The position numbers and the translations under genes are program-made. A stretch of DNA of 64,000 bases from IMG/VR virus record IMGVR_UViG_3300007177_000042; one strand, given 5' to 3'. Below, in pieces: positions 51,801-61,141 of the stretch (the first letter of the stretch is position 1; each line of letters starts with the position of its first letter). A model generated the notes under the pieces. The model made no database searches, had not been told where the DNA came from, and was given only the letters and a program-made list of their open reading frames with translations. Source of the stretch: a virus (taxonomy: Duplodnaviria > Caudoviricetes).

Positions 51801-52591
51801 ATCTTAACGATATAATACGTCAAAAACTTCACTTCGTCAAGTTTGTAATCGTCAAAACTACCATCTTTTTTATAGACGGCGGTCTCTTTTACAATTTTCA
51901 ATCTGTTGTTGGCAATATCAACGCCACGATTTTCTTCACGGTATGGTATCATGTACAACTTTTCACTGTCACTTAACCAATATGTTCTGTCTGAGTTGTA
52001 CTGGTTGTAAATGTTTCGTGAAAACAAATTCAACACAGCCTCCGTAATTTTTTCAGGATTATTGATATCGGTCTCTCGCAATTTGTAAACCTCACGGCAA
52101 CCCTCCAACACAATTTGATGTGTGAAATCTTCTACACCAACATCATAAAAGTTAGCAGGTTCGTCGCCGTTATCATTTCCAGTGAACAAATAACTCTTGG
52201 GATTGAAGATAAAATTCTTCAAGTTATCGGAACTACTAAATGCGGGATGAGACGTACCAACACTTTGATGATCGATATATGAATAATTATCTTGTCTGTA
52301 ATCTGTTGTCAGATCAAACACCACGTCTTTGGCACCAGTATGTTCCATGATAACATCCCGAAGCATTTTTTCCAAATCACCATTGCCATACGAATCAACA
52401 GCGCAATAATTCGCCTTGGTCAATGCGTCGTTATACTGTTGCCACTCCCAACCAAACTGTCCACCTGTAAGAGTAATAACGCCATTTGAATCAGGCGTAA
52501 TACTATCATAAAGTTCGGTGGTCGAATTGATACTGATACTATGCGTGGAACTACTATTAGTCTCAAATACGTTGTGTCTGATCGTTTTCAT
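51797..52591 (-). CDS. conserved hypothetical protein starting IRHNVFETNSSSTHS
   Basis: also GGQFGWE, YIDHQS, GNDN; stop overlaps the radical SAM start. Confidence 0.7.
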   Translation of the reverse strand: MKTIRHNVFETNSSSTHSISINSTTELYDSITPDSNGVITLTGGQFGWEWQQYNDALTKANYCAVDSYGNGDLEKMLRDVIMEHTGAKDVVFDLTTDYRQDNYSYIDHQSVGTSHPAFSSSDNLKNFIFNPKSYLFTGNDNGDEPANFYDVGVEDFTHQIVLEGCREVYKLRETDINNPEKITEAVLNLFSRNIYNQYNSDRTYWLSDSEKLYMIPYREENRGVDIANNRLKIVKETAVYKKDGSFDDYKLDEVKFLTYYIVKI

Positions 52592-52595
52592 ATAT

Positions 52596-52754
52596 TTATT
52601 TTCCGTCGTAAATGTCATCAATGTCCTGAATAATATCTTGCAGTTTTTGTTTCAACAACTCGATATCCATCTGCATTTGTTGGTTTTCTTCATGCAATTG
52701 TTTGACGTTGTGATACAATTCGTCAATAATTTCGTCTTTGCTTTTATATTCCAT
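52596..52754 (-). CDS. small coiled-coil protein (52 aa)
   Basis: read manually. Confidence 0.5.
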   Translation of the reverse strand: MEYKSKDEIIDELYHNVKQLHEENQQMQMDIELLKQKLQDIIQDIDDIYDGK

Positions 52755-52757
52755 GTG

Positions 52758-52979
52758 TCAATCTTTTAGTTGTTCAATTCTGAACAATTGTCCACTATCA
52801 GCAACATAGTGTCCTTTGAAATGTCCACTGGAATTTGTATACTCTATGTAGTTATTGTTTACATAAACCAACTTGGATCCCGATGGCATGTTGTTGATAG
52901 CATCAATGTAGTTATAACGTAATACTACACCACACCCGGACAAAAGTAAAGCAAAAAGTAAAAGAATCGCCATTCTCAT
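52758..52979 (-). CDS. small lipoprotein
   Basis: LLLSGC lipobox. Confidence 0.7.
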   Translation of the reverse strand: MRMAILLLFALLLSGCGVVLRYNYIDAINNMPSGSKLVYVNNNYIEYTNSSGHFKGHYVADSGQLFRIEQLKD

Positions 52980-52983
52980 ATGT

Positions 52984-54354
52984 TCATTTTTTTACCAGTT
53001 TAATTTGTTTCAAACAATGAATGACATCATTATCATCGTATGATGCCCACAGTTGGTTATCACCATCGTAAAGATTGTGGAATGTGATCATGCCATGGGG
53101 TTTTTCCAAAGAATACGGAACAATACAGTCGTTTTCGTCAACAAACTCTGACTCGGAACCAAATCCTCCACATATAACTCTGTTGCCAAACTTTTTGGCA
53201 GTGTAACTACAAAGTCCGAATCCTTCTCCACGATTGAGTGTAAAATATATGTCTGATAGTTTGTGCAATACATTGATTTGTTCGGTATTCAAATCATCCA
53301 AACAAAGCAAAATAGTAGGAGGTTTTTCGTATATACTGGTCAATGACTTGATCTTGTACTTGATATATTCTTTTTCCTGATTGGTGAACGTTTTAAAGAA
53401 TGTTTTCAACAACAAACAAACTTTATCGTTGCCATCGTATGTTTTGCAAAACGTTCTAACAATTTGATCTATATTCTTTCTAGTGCTATATTGACTGATG
53501 TTATAAAACACAGTGTTTGAAATAATGGCAGAATATACCGTTGATATATCATTAGTATACTCGCCGTTTTTATACATCCAAAGATTTGCCAATACCGGTT
53601 CGATTTCGGTCTTGTCTGTGATTGGAAATATGTCGTAGTTCCACAAATAAATAGGGTGATTAATGTTGGATCGTTTGAACACATCCACATTGAATTGTGA
53701 TGGAACAATAACACCGGTCAACGATTTGAAATTGTTTAGAATATCACACCACGATTGGTGAACATGTGTGGTTTCCCAAACAGTCGAAACATATATTGGA
53801 ACGTTTGGTTTGATTTTTAACCGAGTTATCAAATCATCATAATCGATTGGAACATGATGGATTATTACACAATCGTAATCAATAGTTTTGTTTCTGCACT
53901 CATTGACAGATTTTTCAAACTCATTACTTGGCACGTACTGCGTTTGATTTTCACTTAGAATGTCTGTTACCCATTGTACATCATAACCTTGTGTCAACAA
54001 TTGATAGATGCAATTGCGAGCTGCAAATCCATATCCGGTATGGTTGTTCTGTGACACATATAGGATTCTTCTGCCACGAATAAAACTCAGATTGTGAGCC
54101 GTGTGACTAAACAATAATTCTTGATTAGTTAAGTCAATCACTTTGAAAGTGATACCATCAGGAAAAAATGAAAGAGGTTTATTCAACGATGAAAATGCAT
54201 TGATGCCATCGGTCAATGTCACAATATCCGTGAACAACGGAGTATTATATTTTGCATCTTCCCAAACAAACAACACCTGCCGGGTTCCTGGCAATTCATT
54301 TTTTAACTCAAATGAAATCGTTGGGTCGATTTGAATTTTAACTAATTTTATCAT
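52984..54354 (-). CDS. GT4-like (GT-B) glycosyltransferase
   Basis: TGYG.AAR, TVWET, VPSQFN, RKNI, RGEGFGL. Confidence 0.85.
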   Translation of the reverse strand: MIKLVKIQIDPTISFELKNELPGTRQVLFVWEDAKYNTPLFTDIVTLTDGINAFSSLNKPLSFFPDGITFKVIDLTNQELLFSHTAHNLSFIRGRRILYVSQNNHTGYGFAARNCIYQLLTQGYDVQWVTDILSENQTQYVPSNEFEKSVNECRNKTIDYDCVIIHHVPIDYDDLITRLKIKPNVPIYVSTVWETTHVHQSWCDILNNFKSLTGVIVPSQFNVDVFKRSNINHPIYLWNYDIFPITDKTEIEPVLANLWMYKNGEYTNDISTVYSAIISNTVFYNISQYSTRKNIDQIVRTFCKTYDGNDKVCLLLKTFFKTFTNQEKEYIKYKIKSLTSIYEKPPTILLCLDDLNTEQINVLHKLSDIYFTLNRGEGFGLCSYTAKKFGNRVICGGFGSESEFVDENDCIVPYSLEKPHGMITFHNLYDGDNQLWASYDDNDVIHCLKQIKLVKK

Positions 54355-54403
54355 CGTGTAAATTTCTATGTGTCACATACATAACGTAAACCATTATAAC
54401 GTA

Positions 54404-54601
54404 TCACCAATGATGCACTATATTTGCTATGATAAACGCACATGTAATGAAATTTACCATAACTATAACAAATCGTATGAAAAATGAAATAAGTGCGTAT
54501 TTTACAGGCAATACAGGAATGTCAGGTTTACATTCGTCTGTTTGACCTACACGATGGTCTATTGTTCGTGCTAAAACAAGAAAAAACTTATTTGTAATCA
54601 T
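54404..54601 (-). CDS. small membrane protein
   Basis: hydrophobic C-terminal half. Confidence 0.5.
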   Translation of the reverse strand: MITNKFFLVLARTIDHRVGQTDECKPDIPVLPVKYALISFFIRFVIVMVNFITCAFIIANIVHHW

Positions 54602-54686
54602 TAATCTCTATCCCCCATTAATATAAAAAAGGCGTAAAACAAAAGTAATACGCCTATCATTATAACAATATTATTGAATGCATCCA

Positions 54687-55217
54687 TCAACTAGATAATG
54701 TTCTCATGTGAGCACACAAAATGCCACTTGCTGTTCCCACATTAAGACTTCGTACACTTCCAGCTGACGGAATAGTAACAATTCCCATACATCTAGTCAA
54801 CATACTATCACTTAATCCAAACTGTTCTTCTCCAAAGATCAACACAGTACGATCTGGATACTGATAGTCATGATAGTTGTGACACGTATAGTTGATATTG
54901 TTTTCTACCGCCACAGGACTATATTTTCCTTCAATAGCAGTAAAAAACTCGTCAACCGTCTTGTAGTATTCCATAGGTGTATACAAATGCGTTCCCACCG
55001 TTGGACGACGGTCGTACTGTTTGCCTCCACCAATGTAATAAACACGTTCAAAACCAAAGAAATTGGCATTACGCACAACAGTTCCAAGGTTGAAATCTCC
55101 ATCAACATGCATCATTGCCAATGCATGTGGAATAGTATGACGTTTACAATAATCCTTAATGTCTTCAACATCAAGAGTTTGTAAAAAATCATGTACGTTT
55201 TTATACTTGACCTGCAT
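54687..55217 (-). CDS. SpoU/TrmH family RNA methyltransferase
   Basis: NLGTVVRNA, IFGEEQFGL, IP..G.VRSLNV..A. Confidence 0.9.
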   Translation of the reverse strand: MQVKYKNVHDFLQTLDVEDIKDYCKRHTIPHALAMMHVDGDFNLGTVVRNANFFGFERVYYIGGGKQYDRRPTVGTHLYTPMEYYKTVDEFFTAIEGKYSPVAVENNINYTCHNYHDYQYPDRTVLIFGEEQFGLSDSMLTRCMGIVTIPSAGSVRSLNVGTASGILCAHMRTLSS

Positions 55218-55339
55218 ACTAATTCCTATTTCTGAAAATTGAACTGATACTGTCAACACAAACGTAAATTAGTTGTGATATGATCAGTACCAAGAAAAAA
55301 GTTAAAACGGGGTGTGCCCTGCAAATGTAAAAAATTCTT

Positions 55340-55768
55340 TCATAGTTTTCCTTCGTGTTTTAGTCTGCGATACTCTTCACTTTCAATTTGTGTATCACCA
55401 ACACTGTAATGCCAAGGTTGGTGGCGACCAAACGTGAAAAACAATGTAGTCACTGGTCCGTTTGTAATTTCAAGTATTTTGTGGTAATAGTTTCTATCGC
55501 CACTCGCGTATGAAAAAGGTCGTCGAACGCGGGTGAACTCCTGTGGTTCACAGAACAAATCTTTTCCAAGATATTGTTCAATATAACATCCACTCAAGAC
55601 AACCGTCTTGAAGTTCCACGGATGACTGTGAAGATGTATATCACGATCATGTTCATAGATTCTATGGATATACAAAGCAAAATTCTTGGTTTCAATGATG
55701 GCAAATCGTTTGAAATGCAATCGACCTGTTTTGCTTCGAATTTCTTTTACCCACTGTAGAAGTTTCAT
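55340..55768 (-). CDS. cupin-like protein
   Basis: HLHSHPW.F...LSG.Y.E, YHKI. Confidence 0.6.
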   Translation of the reverse strand: MKLLQWVKEIRSKTGRLHFKRFAIIETKNFALYIHRIYEHDRDIHLHSHPWNFKTVVLSGCYIEQYLGKDLFCEPQEFTRVRRPFSYASGDRNYYHKILEITNGPVTTLFFTFGRHQPWHYSVGDTQIESEEYRRLKHEGKL

Positions 55769-55769
55769 A

Positions 55770-56048
55770 CTAGATACTATAATCTATGATTGGAGGCTTG
55801 TCAAGATTAGCCAATAGAGTCTTGGTTCTCGTCAAGTTATATCTGGCTTTATGCAATGCCTTTTTGAATCCATCAATATTATCACGTTTGGTTAACCAGT
55901 GGTGTTCACTTAACTCTTCACGTCGAATCATGATTTGTAAACCTTTGACTTCGCCTTCGTATTTTACGATCTGATGTTCGTATAACTTGCGAAGTCGATC
56001 TTTTTCACTAAGACCTTCGGTGTTTTTCCATAATTCGTATGCATTCAT
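55770..56048 (-). CDS. hypothetical protein (TAG stop)
   Basis: ORF track; TAG-T-ATG junction. Confidence 0.6.
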   Translation of the reverse strand: MNAYELWKNTEGLSEKDRLRKLYEHQIVKYEGEVKGLQIMIRREELSEHHWLTKRDNIDGFKKALHKARYNLTRTKTLLANLDKPPIIDYSI

Positions 56049-56050
56049 AC

Positions 56051-57199
56051 TTATCGATCACTCTTGAAACAATTATCAGGATCGACACGTCCATAATTCG
56101 GTGTTCCAAGTCCGGTAAGTCCCATATAAAGGAACGTAACCTCCTTGCCGATCCACTTGTTCTTTTCCTTCAAGATTTGAGCACGCTTCTCATAACTACC
56201 CTTAAACACAGCATCAAATGTAACGTTCTTCCACTTGAGAGTCACATTGGTAGCAGCACCCTTCCAGTTACCATCACCATCTGTGATGTCAAGAATCGTA
56301 CCCTCGTCATCATCTTCACTCTTGACCTTCACAAGATTCTTGGAACGCTTGTGCTCATAAGGAGCATCCATTTTACGAAGAATGCCACCCTCCTGTTGGT
56401 CATTGAGAAGATCCTGAAACAACTGGTTCATGTGGTCATTCGACTTGACAATCGTGGTTTCGACTTCAACAAAATACTTGGAAAGAGGAATCACAACCTT
56501 GTCGATCCAATTCTTGCGTTCAGAGTATGGAGCTTCCTCGTCCAAAATATCCGATTTGCCACGGAAATTGTAACCGTCATAGATATAAAACTTGACCTTC
56601 TTCTCACTTTCTGCCAAATCGGAAGGATCAATATTTTTCGTCTTACGAATCAACTTGCTGATTTCGTTCAGCTGTTGACGAAGATCATTATTGAACAGCT
56701 CACCGTCGAGAACTGCATTGGGATATTCCTTGAAGAAAGGTTTGAGAGCGTTCTCAACGTGCGGTACACTGACATACTTCTCACCCTTTCTGGTAAACAA
56801 CCCGTCCTTGGTAGCAATACAACGATTGCCATTGAATTTACACTGCATTGCCCACTTATCCTTGGCAAAGTCCGGTTGCTTGGTGAGCTTGTTAAGAGGT
56901 TGTGCCAACATAGGTTCCACATACGTAGAAACGTCAACGTCCTTGACACTTTTGTGGTATCCAGTCTTCAACTGTTTCTTGTACTTGGCTTCGATTTCAG
57001 CCGTTGCCTGTTCGATTGCGGTGGTCTCATTTGACCGCCCAACATTCTTGGCTTCAGCATGACTCCACTCGGAAGTCACCTTTTCACCATCGGTGAGTCC
57101 AGCGACAGTACGATACTTGCTACCGTTCTGTTCCATGTACCAGACACGAATGTTTCCGAGTGAATCCTTGGTGTAGAGCGTAGAATAGGTCTTGATCAT
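56051..57199 (-). CDS. lig: ATP-dependent DNA ligase (with N-terminal domain)
   Basis: PMLA, KFNGNR, LDGELF, YIYD, EGGILR, YEHKRS..L.K.K. Confidence 0.9.
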   Translation of the reverse strand: MIKTYSTLYTKDSLGNIRVWYMEQNGSKYRTVAGLTDGEKVTSEWSHAEAKNVGRSNETTAIEQATAEIEAKYKKQLKTGYHKSVKDVDVSTYVEPMLAQPLNKLTKQPDFAKDKWAMQCKFNGNRCIATKDGLFTRKGEKYVSVPHVENALKPFFKEYPNAVLDGELFNNDLRQQLNEISKLIRKTKNIDPSDLAESEKKVKFYIYDGYNFRGKSDILDEEAPYSERKNWIDKVVIPLSKYFVEVETTIVKSNDHMNQLFQDLLNDQQEGGILRKMDAPYEHKRSKNLVKVKSEDDDEGTILDITDGDGNWKGAATNVTLKWKNVTFDAVFKGSYEKRAQILKEKNKWIGKEVTFLYMGLTGLGTPNYGRVDPDNCFKSDR

Positions 57200-57205
57200 G
57201 ATAAG

Positions 57206-57233
57206 AATGTACCAGAGTTTTTTGAAAAGTCAA
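57206..57233 (-). promoter_or_regulatory. promoter TTGACT-16-TACATT, 6 nt before the ligase ATG
   Basis: read from sequence. Confidence 0.7.
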
Positions 57234-57251
57234 TAGGTTTTTTGGACTTTT

Positions 57252-57461
57252 TTAATCCAATATATCATCCCTATGTAACTGGTTATACAGTTCTATTGCT
57301 TCTTTTTCATTTCTGCAAATATGACCTTCAAGGAGATATGCTGTTGATCCCTGTGGTATTTCTTTTCCGGTTAGAAAAGATACCATGTCTTCTCCAGTAA
57401 TAAATGGTCCGTTTGGTTTATGTTCCAATTGTGTTAACATTAACGTTCTTAGTTTTTTCAT
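57252..57461 (-). CDS. hypothetical protein
   Basis: ORF track. Confidence 0.5.
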   Translation of the reverse strand: MKKLRTLMLTQLEHKPNGPFITGEDMVSFLTGKEIPQGSTAYLLEGHICRNEKEAIELYNQLHRDDILD

Positions 57462-57991
57462 AACGAGGCGCAGTTTGAAACGATATCCAATATGGCTTTT
57501 CTATCTGAATAGTCAACATAATATACATGTTGATAGTGTTGATTTATAAAGTCTTTTACCACCTGATCAATCTTTTTTGCTTCTTCGTATGATTGATATC
57601 GACCTTCTTGGTTGTAACGTTTGTCCTTACGTTCCAAGTAGATATTAACACACGGATACATTCGGTCGTATTCATTTAATACCGGCCAAAGTTTTTCTCC
57701 AATTTTCAATTTGGGATAATATACATCCGAGTATATACACGACAACACAAGAGGACTGTCTGTGACAATGTTTTTGATCCCGGCGTTCAAAAACCGATAC
57801 TCGTACTGCATTTGTTTTCCAAACAAATATACCTGATCAAAAGGTGCAACTTTACGTTGTTGGGTCGCCCAGCTTTTGACGTATTCGGTTATTAGTTCAA
57901 CCGAATAATGTTTGGTTTTCATTTCACTGAACAACCATGCTGCTGTGGTGCTTTTGCCCGCACCGGGGCCTGCCAAAAAATTGATTCTCAT
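57458..57991 (-). CDS. P-loop kinase (AAA_28 / NadR-kinase-like)
   Basis: GPGAGKSTTA, EYVK, VTDSPL, GRYQ. Confidence 0.7.
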   Translation of the reverse strand: MRINFLAGPGAGKSTTAAWLFSEMKTKHYSVELITEYVKSWATQQRKVAPFDQVYLFGKQMQYEYRFLNAGIKNIVTDSPLVLSCIYSDVYYPKLKIGEKLWPVLNEYDRMYPCVNIYLERKDKRYNQEGRYQSYEEAKKIDQVVKDFINQHYQHVYYVDYSDRKAILDIVSNCASL

Positions 57992-58041
57992 AAAAGATAT
58001 GTATCACGTATTTGTCAGTTGATCAATTTAATTTACGCATG

Positions 58042-58069
58042 AAAAAACCCACCGGATTTCTCCGGTGGG
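58042..58069 (-). terminator. intrinsic terminator
   Basis: CCCACCGGA/TCCGGTGGG stem plus T-run. Confidence 0.85.
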
Positions 58070-58089
58070 CTTCACCTTCCTTGGCTTTG

Positions 58090-59001
58090 TTATCGGTTTG
58101 TCACCGACAGATTCATGAATGGCACAACTCCACCACCATTGTAAACAGGCAACTTACCATCCCATCGTTGTAGTGCCTCGTACTGTACCAACGTCGGGGT
58201 CAAAGACTGAGCCAACACAAGGTTAGCCTTTGCCTGAGCTTCAGCTTTCAAGGCGATACTCTTTGCCTCACCTTCGGCCTTAGCAATGTTACTCTCCTTT
58301 TCACCACGAGCCTTCTCAATTGCCTGATCAGCTTCAGCCTTAGACTGCTTCACCTTGGTCTCAGCCTCAATTGCCCTCTGACTTGCCTCAAGAACAGCAT
58401 TGATTCGGGACTGAACACTTTGATCTACACGTAGACCACCATGAAAACTAATCAATTCAAATTTGAATCCTTTCGGTCCCAATTGACTGTTCAAATTGCT
58501 TCGAACACTATCAAGAAGATATTGTTTCCTCTCGCCAAAGATGTCACTTGCCTTCATGGTGGAAGCGACACGATTGAATGCGTTATTGATCTCGTTCCTC
58601 ATAAATCCATGAGTGATTACTTCGGGACTCTGACGAAATTCAACAAAAATTTGAGGAACTTTGTCTGCCACAAAGGTGTATGCGAGAGCAATATCAGCAT
58701 TCACTACTGCACCCTCAATGCTGTTGAAGGTAACACTATCATCACCGGGACTCTCTCGGGAGGGTTCCTTAGTCCAAACAGCATTCTGCATGAACGTGGG
58801 AAACTTATAGATGTCTTCTGTAATGGGATTGTAGAAAACACCACCGGTAACCAAAGGAAAGTCATTGACACCCTTCTGACTACCCCACTGATTTACCTTG
58901 ATACCAACGTATCCCGGTTCGACTCGATCACATCCGGTAAGAGCAAAAATTGCAATAATACCGACCAACAGACTAATCAACTTTTTATTCATTTTCATCA
59001 T
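58090..59001 (-). CDS. SPFH/band-7 (prohibitin-like) membrane protein
   Basis: ALTGC, VEPGYVGI, coiled-coil AEAEA tract, WDGKLP. Confidence 0.9.
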   Translation of the reverse strand: MMKMNKKLISLLVGIIAIFALTGCDRVEPGYVGIKVNQWGSQKGVNDFPLVTGGVFYNPITEDIYKFPTFMQNAVWTKEPSRESPGDDSVTFNSIEGAVVNADIALAYTFVADKVPQIFVEFRQSPEVITHGFMRNEINNAFNRVASTMKASDIFGERKQYLLDSVRSNLNSQLGPKGFKFELISFHGGLRVDQSVQSRINAVLEASQRAIEAETKVKQSKAEADQAIEKARGEKESNIAKAEGEAKSIALKAEAQAKANLVLAQSLTPTLVQYEALQRWDGKLPVYNGGGVVPFMNLSVTNR

Positions 59002-59227
59002 TTTTCTTAGTTTTCGACTCGTTAAACGCTTTGATCACCTTGATCACGTCACTCCTAAATGTTAGGACAACTCCAAGAAAAAGTCCAGTACAAAGGGCAA
59101 CTCCAATCAGATTTTGAATATCGCTTTTGGCAGTTATCAACACACCAGACCATTGCCAAATGCCAATAGTCGCTACGATCAGAGAAACATACTTGACAAC
59201 ATACCAAATAATAGTTCTGTTTTTCAT
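58985..59227 (-). CDS. small two-TM protein
   Basis: hydrophobic segments, upstream of SPFH. Confidence 0.65.
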   Translation of the reverse strand: MKNRTIIWYVVKYVSLIVATIGIWQWSGVLITAKSDIQNLIGVALCTGLFLGVVLTFRSDVIKVIKAFNESKTKKNDENE

Positions 59228-59230
59228 AGT

Positions 59231-60666
59231 TTAATCTTCTTTTACGTAAAATTCAGGAATGGTTGCATTCAAAGGAATTACAACATCATCCATATGTTCA
59301 TCGGTTTCAAACGTAGAATATCCACCGCTGCGTGTGCCGGGAATAGGAAGACTATACCACTCATCACGACACTTTTTGGCAGTCGCCTTGAGAGGTGGAA
59401 GTTCATTTCCATCCTTATCAAGAACAATTACGTATCTCGTTGAGTTGTCATATGTATTATCATTGTACTCGCTGTGAATGGAAATAACCATTGTTGCAGC
59501 GTTAGAAGGATAATACTTTTGTGCGAAAGCAATATGCTTTTCGTACTTGGTTTTGTTGGGAACATATCCAATAGCAGAAAGTTCCTCCAATGTGGCTTTG
59601 CGATATTTACTCATGTTTGTTTACTTGTTAAAGTTAAGTCCTTCGGCGAGTCCAATGTAACCAGTCTTGGTTGAATAGACGTACACAGAACTACGATGGG
59701 TTTTATGTTGTAGAGCAGCACGAATTGCATCATCCAGACTATCGTATTTTTTACGACAAGCACTGGTACACCGTTCGTTGTCGGCATGAAAACCTCCGTA
59801 GATTTTCTCATACCCACATCGCCATCCAAACTTTTCCTTTTTTGATTTAGTAGTCATACGCATCTTCTTCGATCTTAACAGCGTTTTTGGAAATCACAAG
59901 TTTAAAGTTTTTGCCAAAAACACCATGAATTTCGCCTTCAAATGGAGAAAATGTTTCCTCAATAGATTCAACAAGTTCAGAAAACTTATCAAGTGAATCA
60001 ATGTTCACGTTCTTCTTGCAAAAATCATCATCCTCATCATCCAATTGCCACATATTGTATCCGTTGATTTCAATATCATCAGCAGAGATACGATAGTAGT
60101 ATTCATATCCTTCATCATTATACTCGTATGATGCACCGAAAGCAATAGTTTTGATTTCCGGGTTCTTGCTGATGACTTCGTTTCCTACCGCAAGAATCAG
60201 TTGAACAACAGCCTCACGGTGCGAATTATTGATATCAGTTAGAGCCTTTTTAATTTTACTCTTTGTCATATTGTTAGTTCTTTCGATTGAGAACATCGTC
60301 CCGATCAATCGTCATGTTTTCATATTCGCCACTAAACATGTCTTCATGAATGTCTTGTGTATTTTCAAACAGTTCAATCAAACTGTCAAGAGTAGGATTG
60401 GAAACATATTCCTTGGTTTTAGAATCCCACTCACGGCCGACCTCCTCATCATCGACAGTAATGGTCATATCATCGTACCCAAGATAAAACGTGGTTGCAT
60501 CACCATCGTTGAATTCATGGTTGTTGACATACATACTGATGGATTCAAGCTTTGGATTATTATCGAAAATGTTCTTGAGTTCAATCCAAAACTCATTTTC
60601 GAGTGCCTTTGTGGCATCACGCAACTGATTATTCAGTTCATTAATTCTTGCAATAGTATTCTTCAT
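59231..60666 (-). CDS. three acidic (E/F/Y)ND-motif proteins (59231-59614, 59847-60269, 60274-60666) plus 59621-59863
   Basis: SEYNDNTY, YEYNDEGY, HEFNDGD. Confidence 0.6.
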
Positions 60667-60670
60667 ATTT

Positions 60671-61129
60671 TTAATCTCCCATTACCGATTTGTTGTTAAT
60701 GTTAATGTTTTTGATTTTGGTTTTTCTCTTTTCTGCAATTTTAGCAAAACTAGGAGGATCACCGATTCCATTTTGCATCCAACTCTTGTATTCCATTTCA
60801 GCCAAATAATCTTGGGCTGATGGAATGAATTTGTTTGCAAAATCCTCCAAACAATGTTGTTCACCGATGTCACGAACACTTACGGCTCGCCCGTCACTGT
60901 TAATAATCGTAGGAAAACGATGATCAGCAGTTTCGGGCCCACTATTAGCAAACTTGACTCGTTCAAGTACATTGCTCAAAAACCAACTGTTATGTGTCAA
61001 TGTACGATGACGATTGTCAGCGATTGCACCCTTACTACAATCCATGAAGGCGTGAACAGGTTCATAATCTTCGGGTTTACCTCCGAATTTACGAGCAGAA
61101 CTCTGAGCATGAATAATAGGTTTAGCCAT
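60671..61129 (-). CDS. DUF6915-like His-rich protein
   Basis: P..HA.SSARKFGG..EDY...H.FMD.SK, HR...H, EQH..EDF. Confidence 0.7.
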   Translation of the reverse strand: MAKPIIHAQSSARKFGGKPEDYEPVHAFMDCSKGAIADNRHRTLTHNSWFLSNVLERVKFANSGPETADHRFPTIINSDGRAVSVRDIGEQHCLEDFANKFIPSAQDYLAEMEYKSWMQNGIGDPPSFAKIAEKRKTKIKNININNKSVMGD

Positions 61130-61141
61130 AAGTGTTTGTAT

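Noticed and set aside
56039-57034. 331-aa plus-strand ORF; likewise 47436-48104, 58441-59010, 3563-4120, 5956-6513
   Set aside because: Antisense to well-supported minus-strand genes
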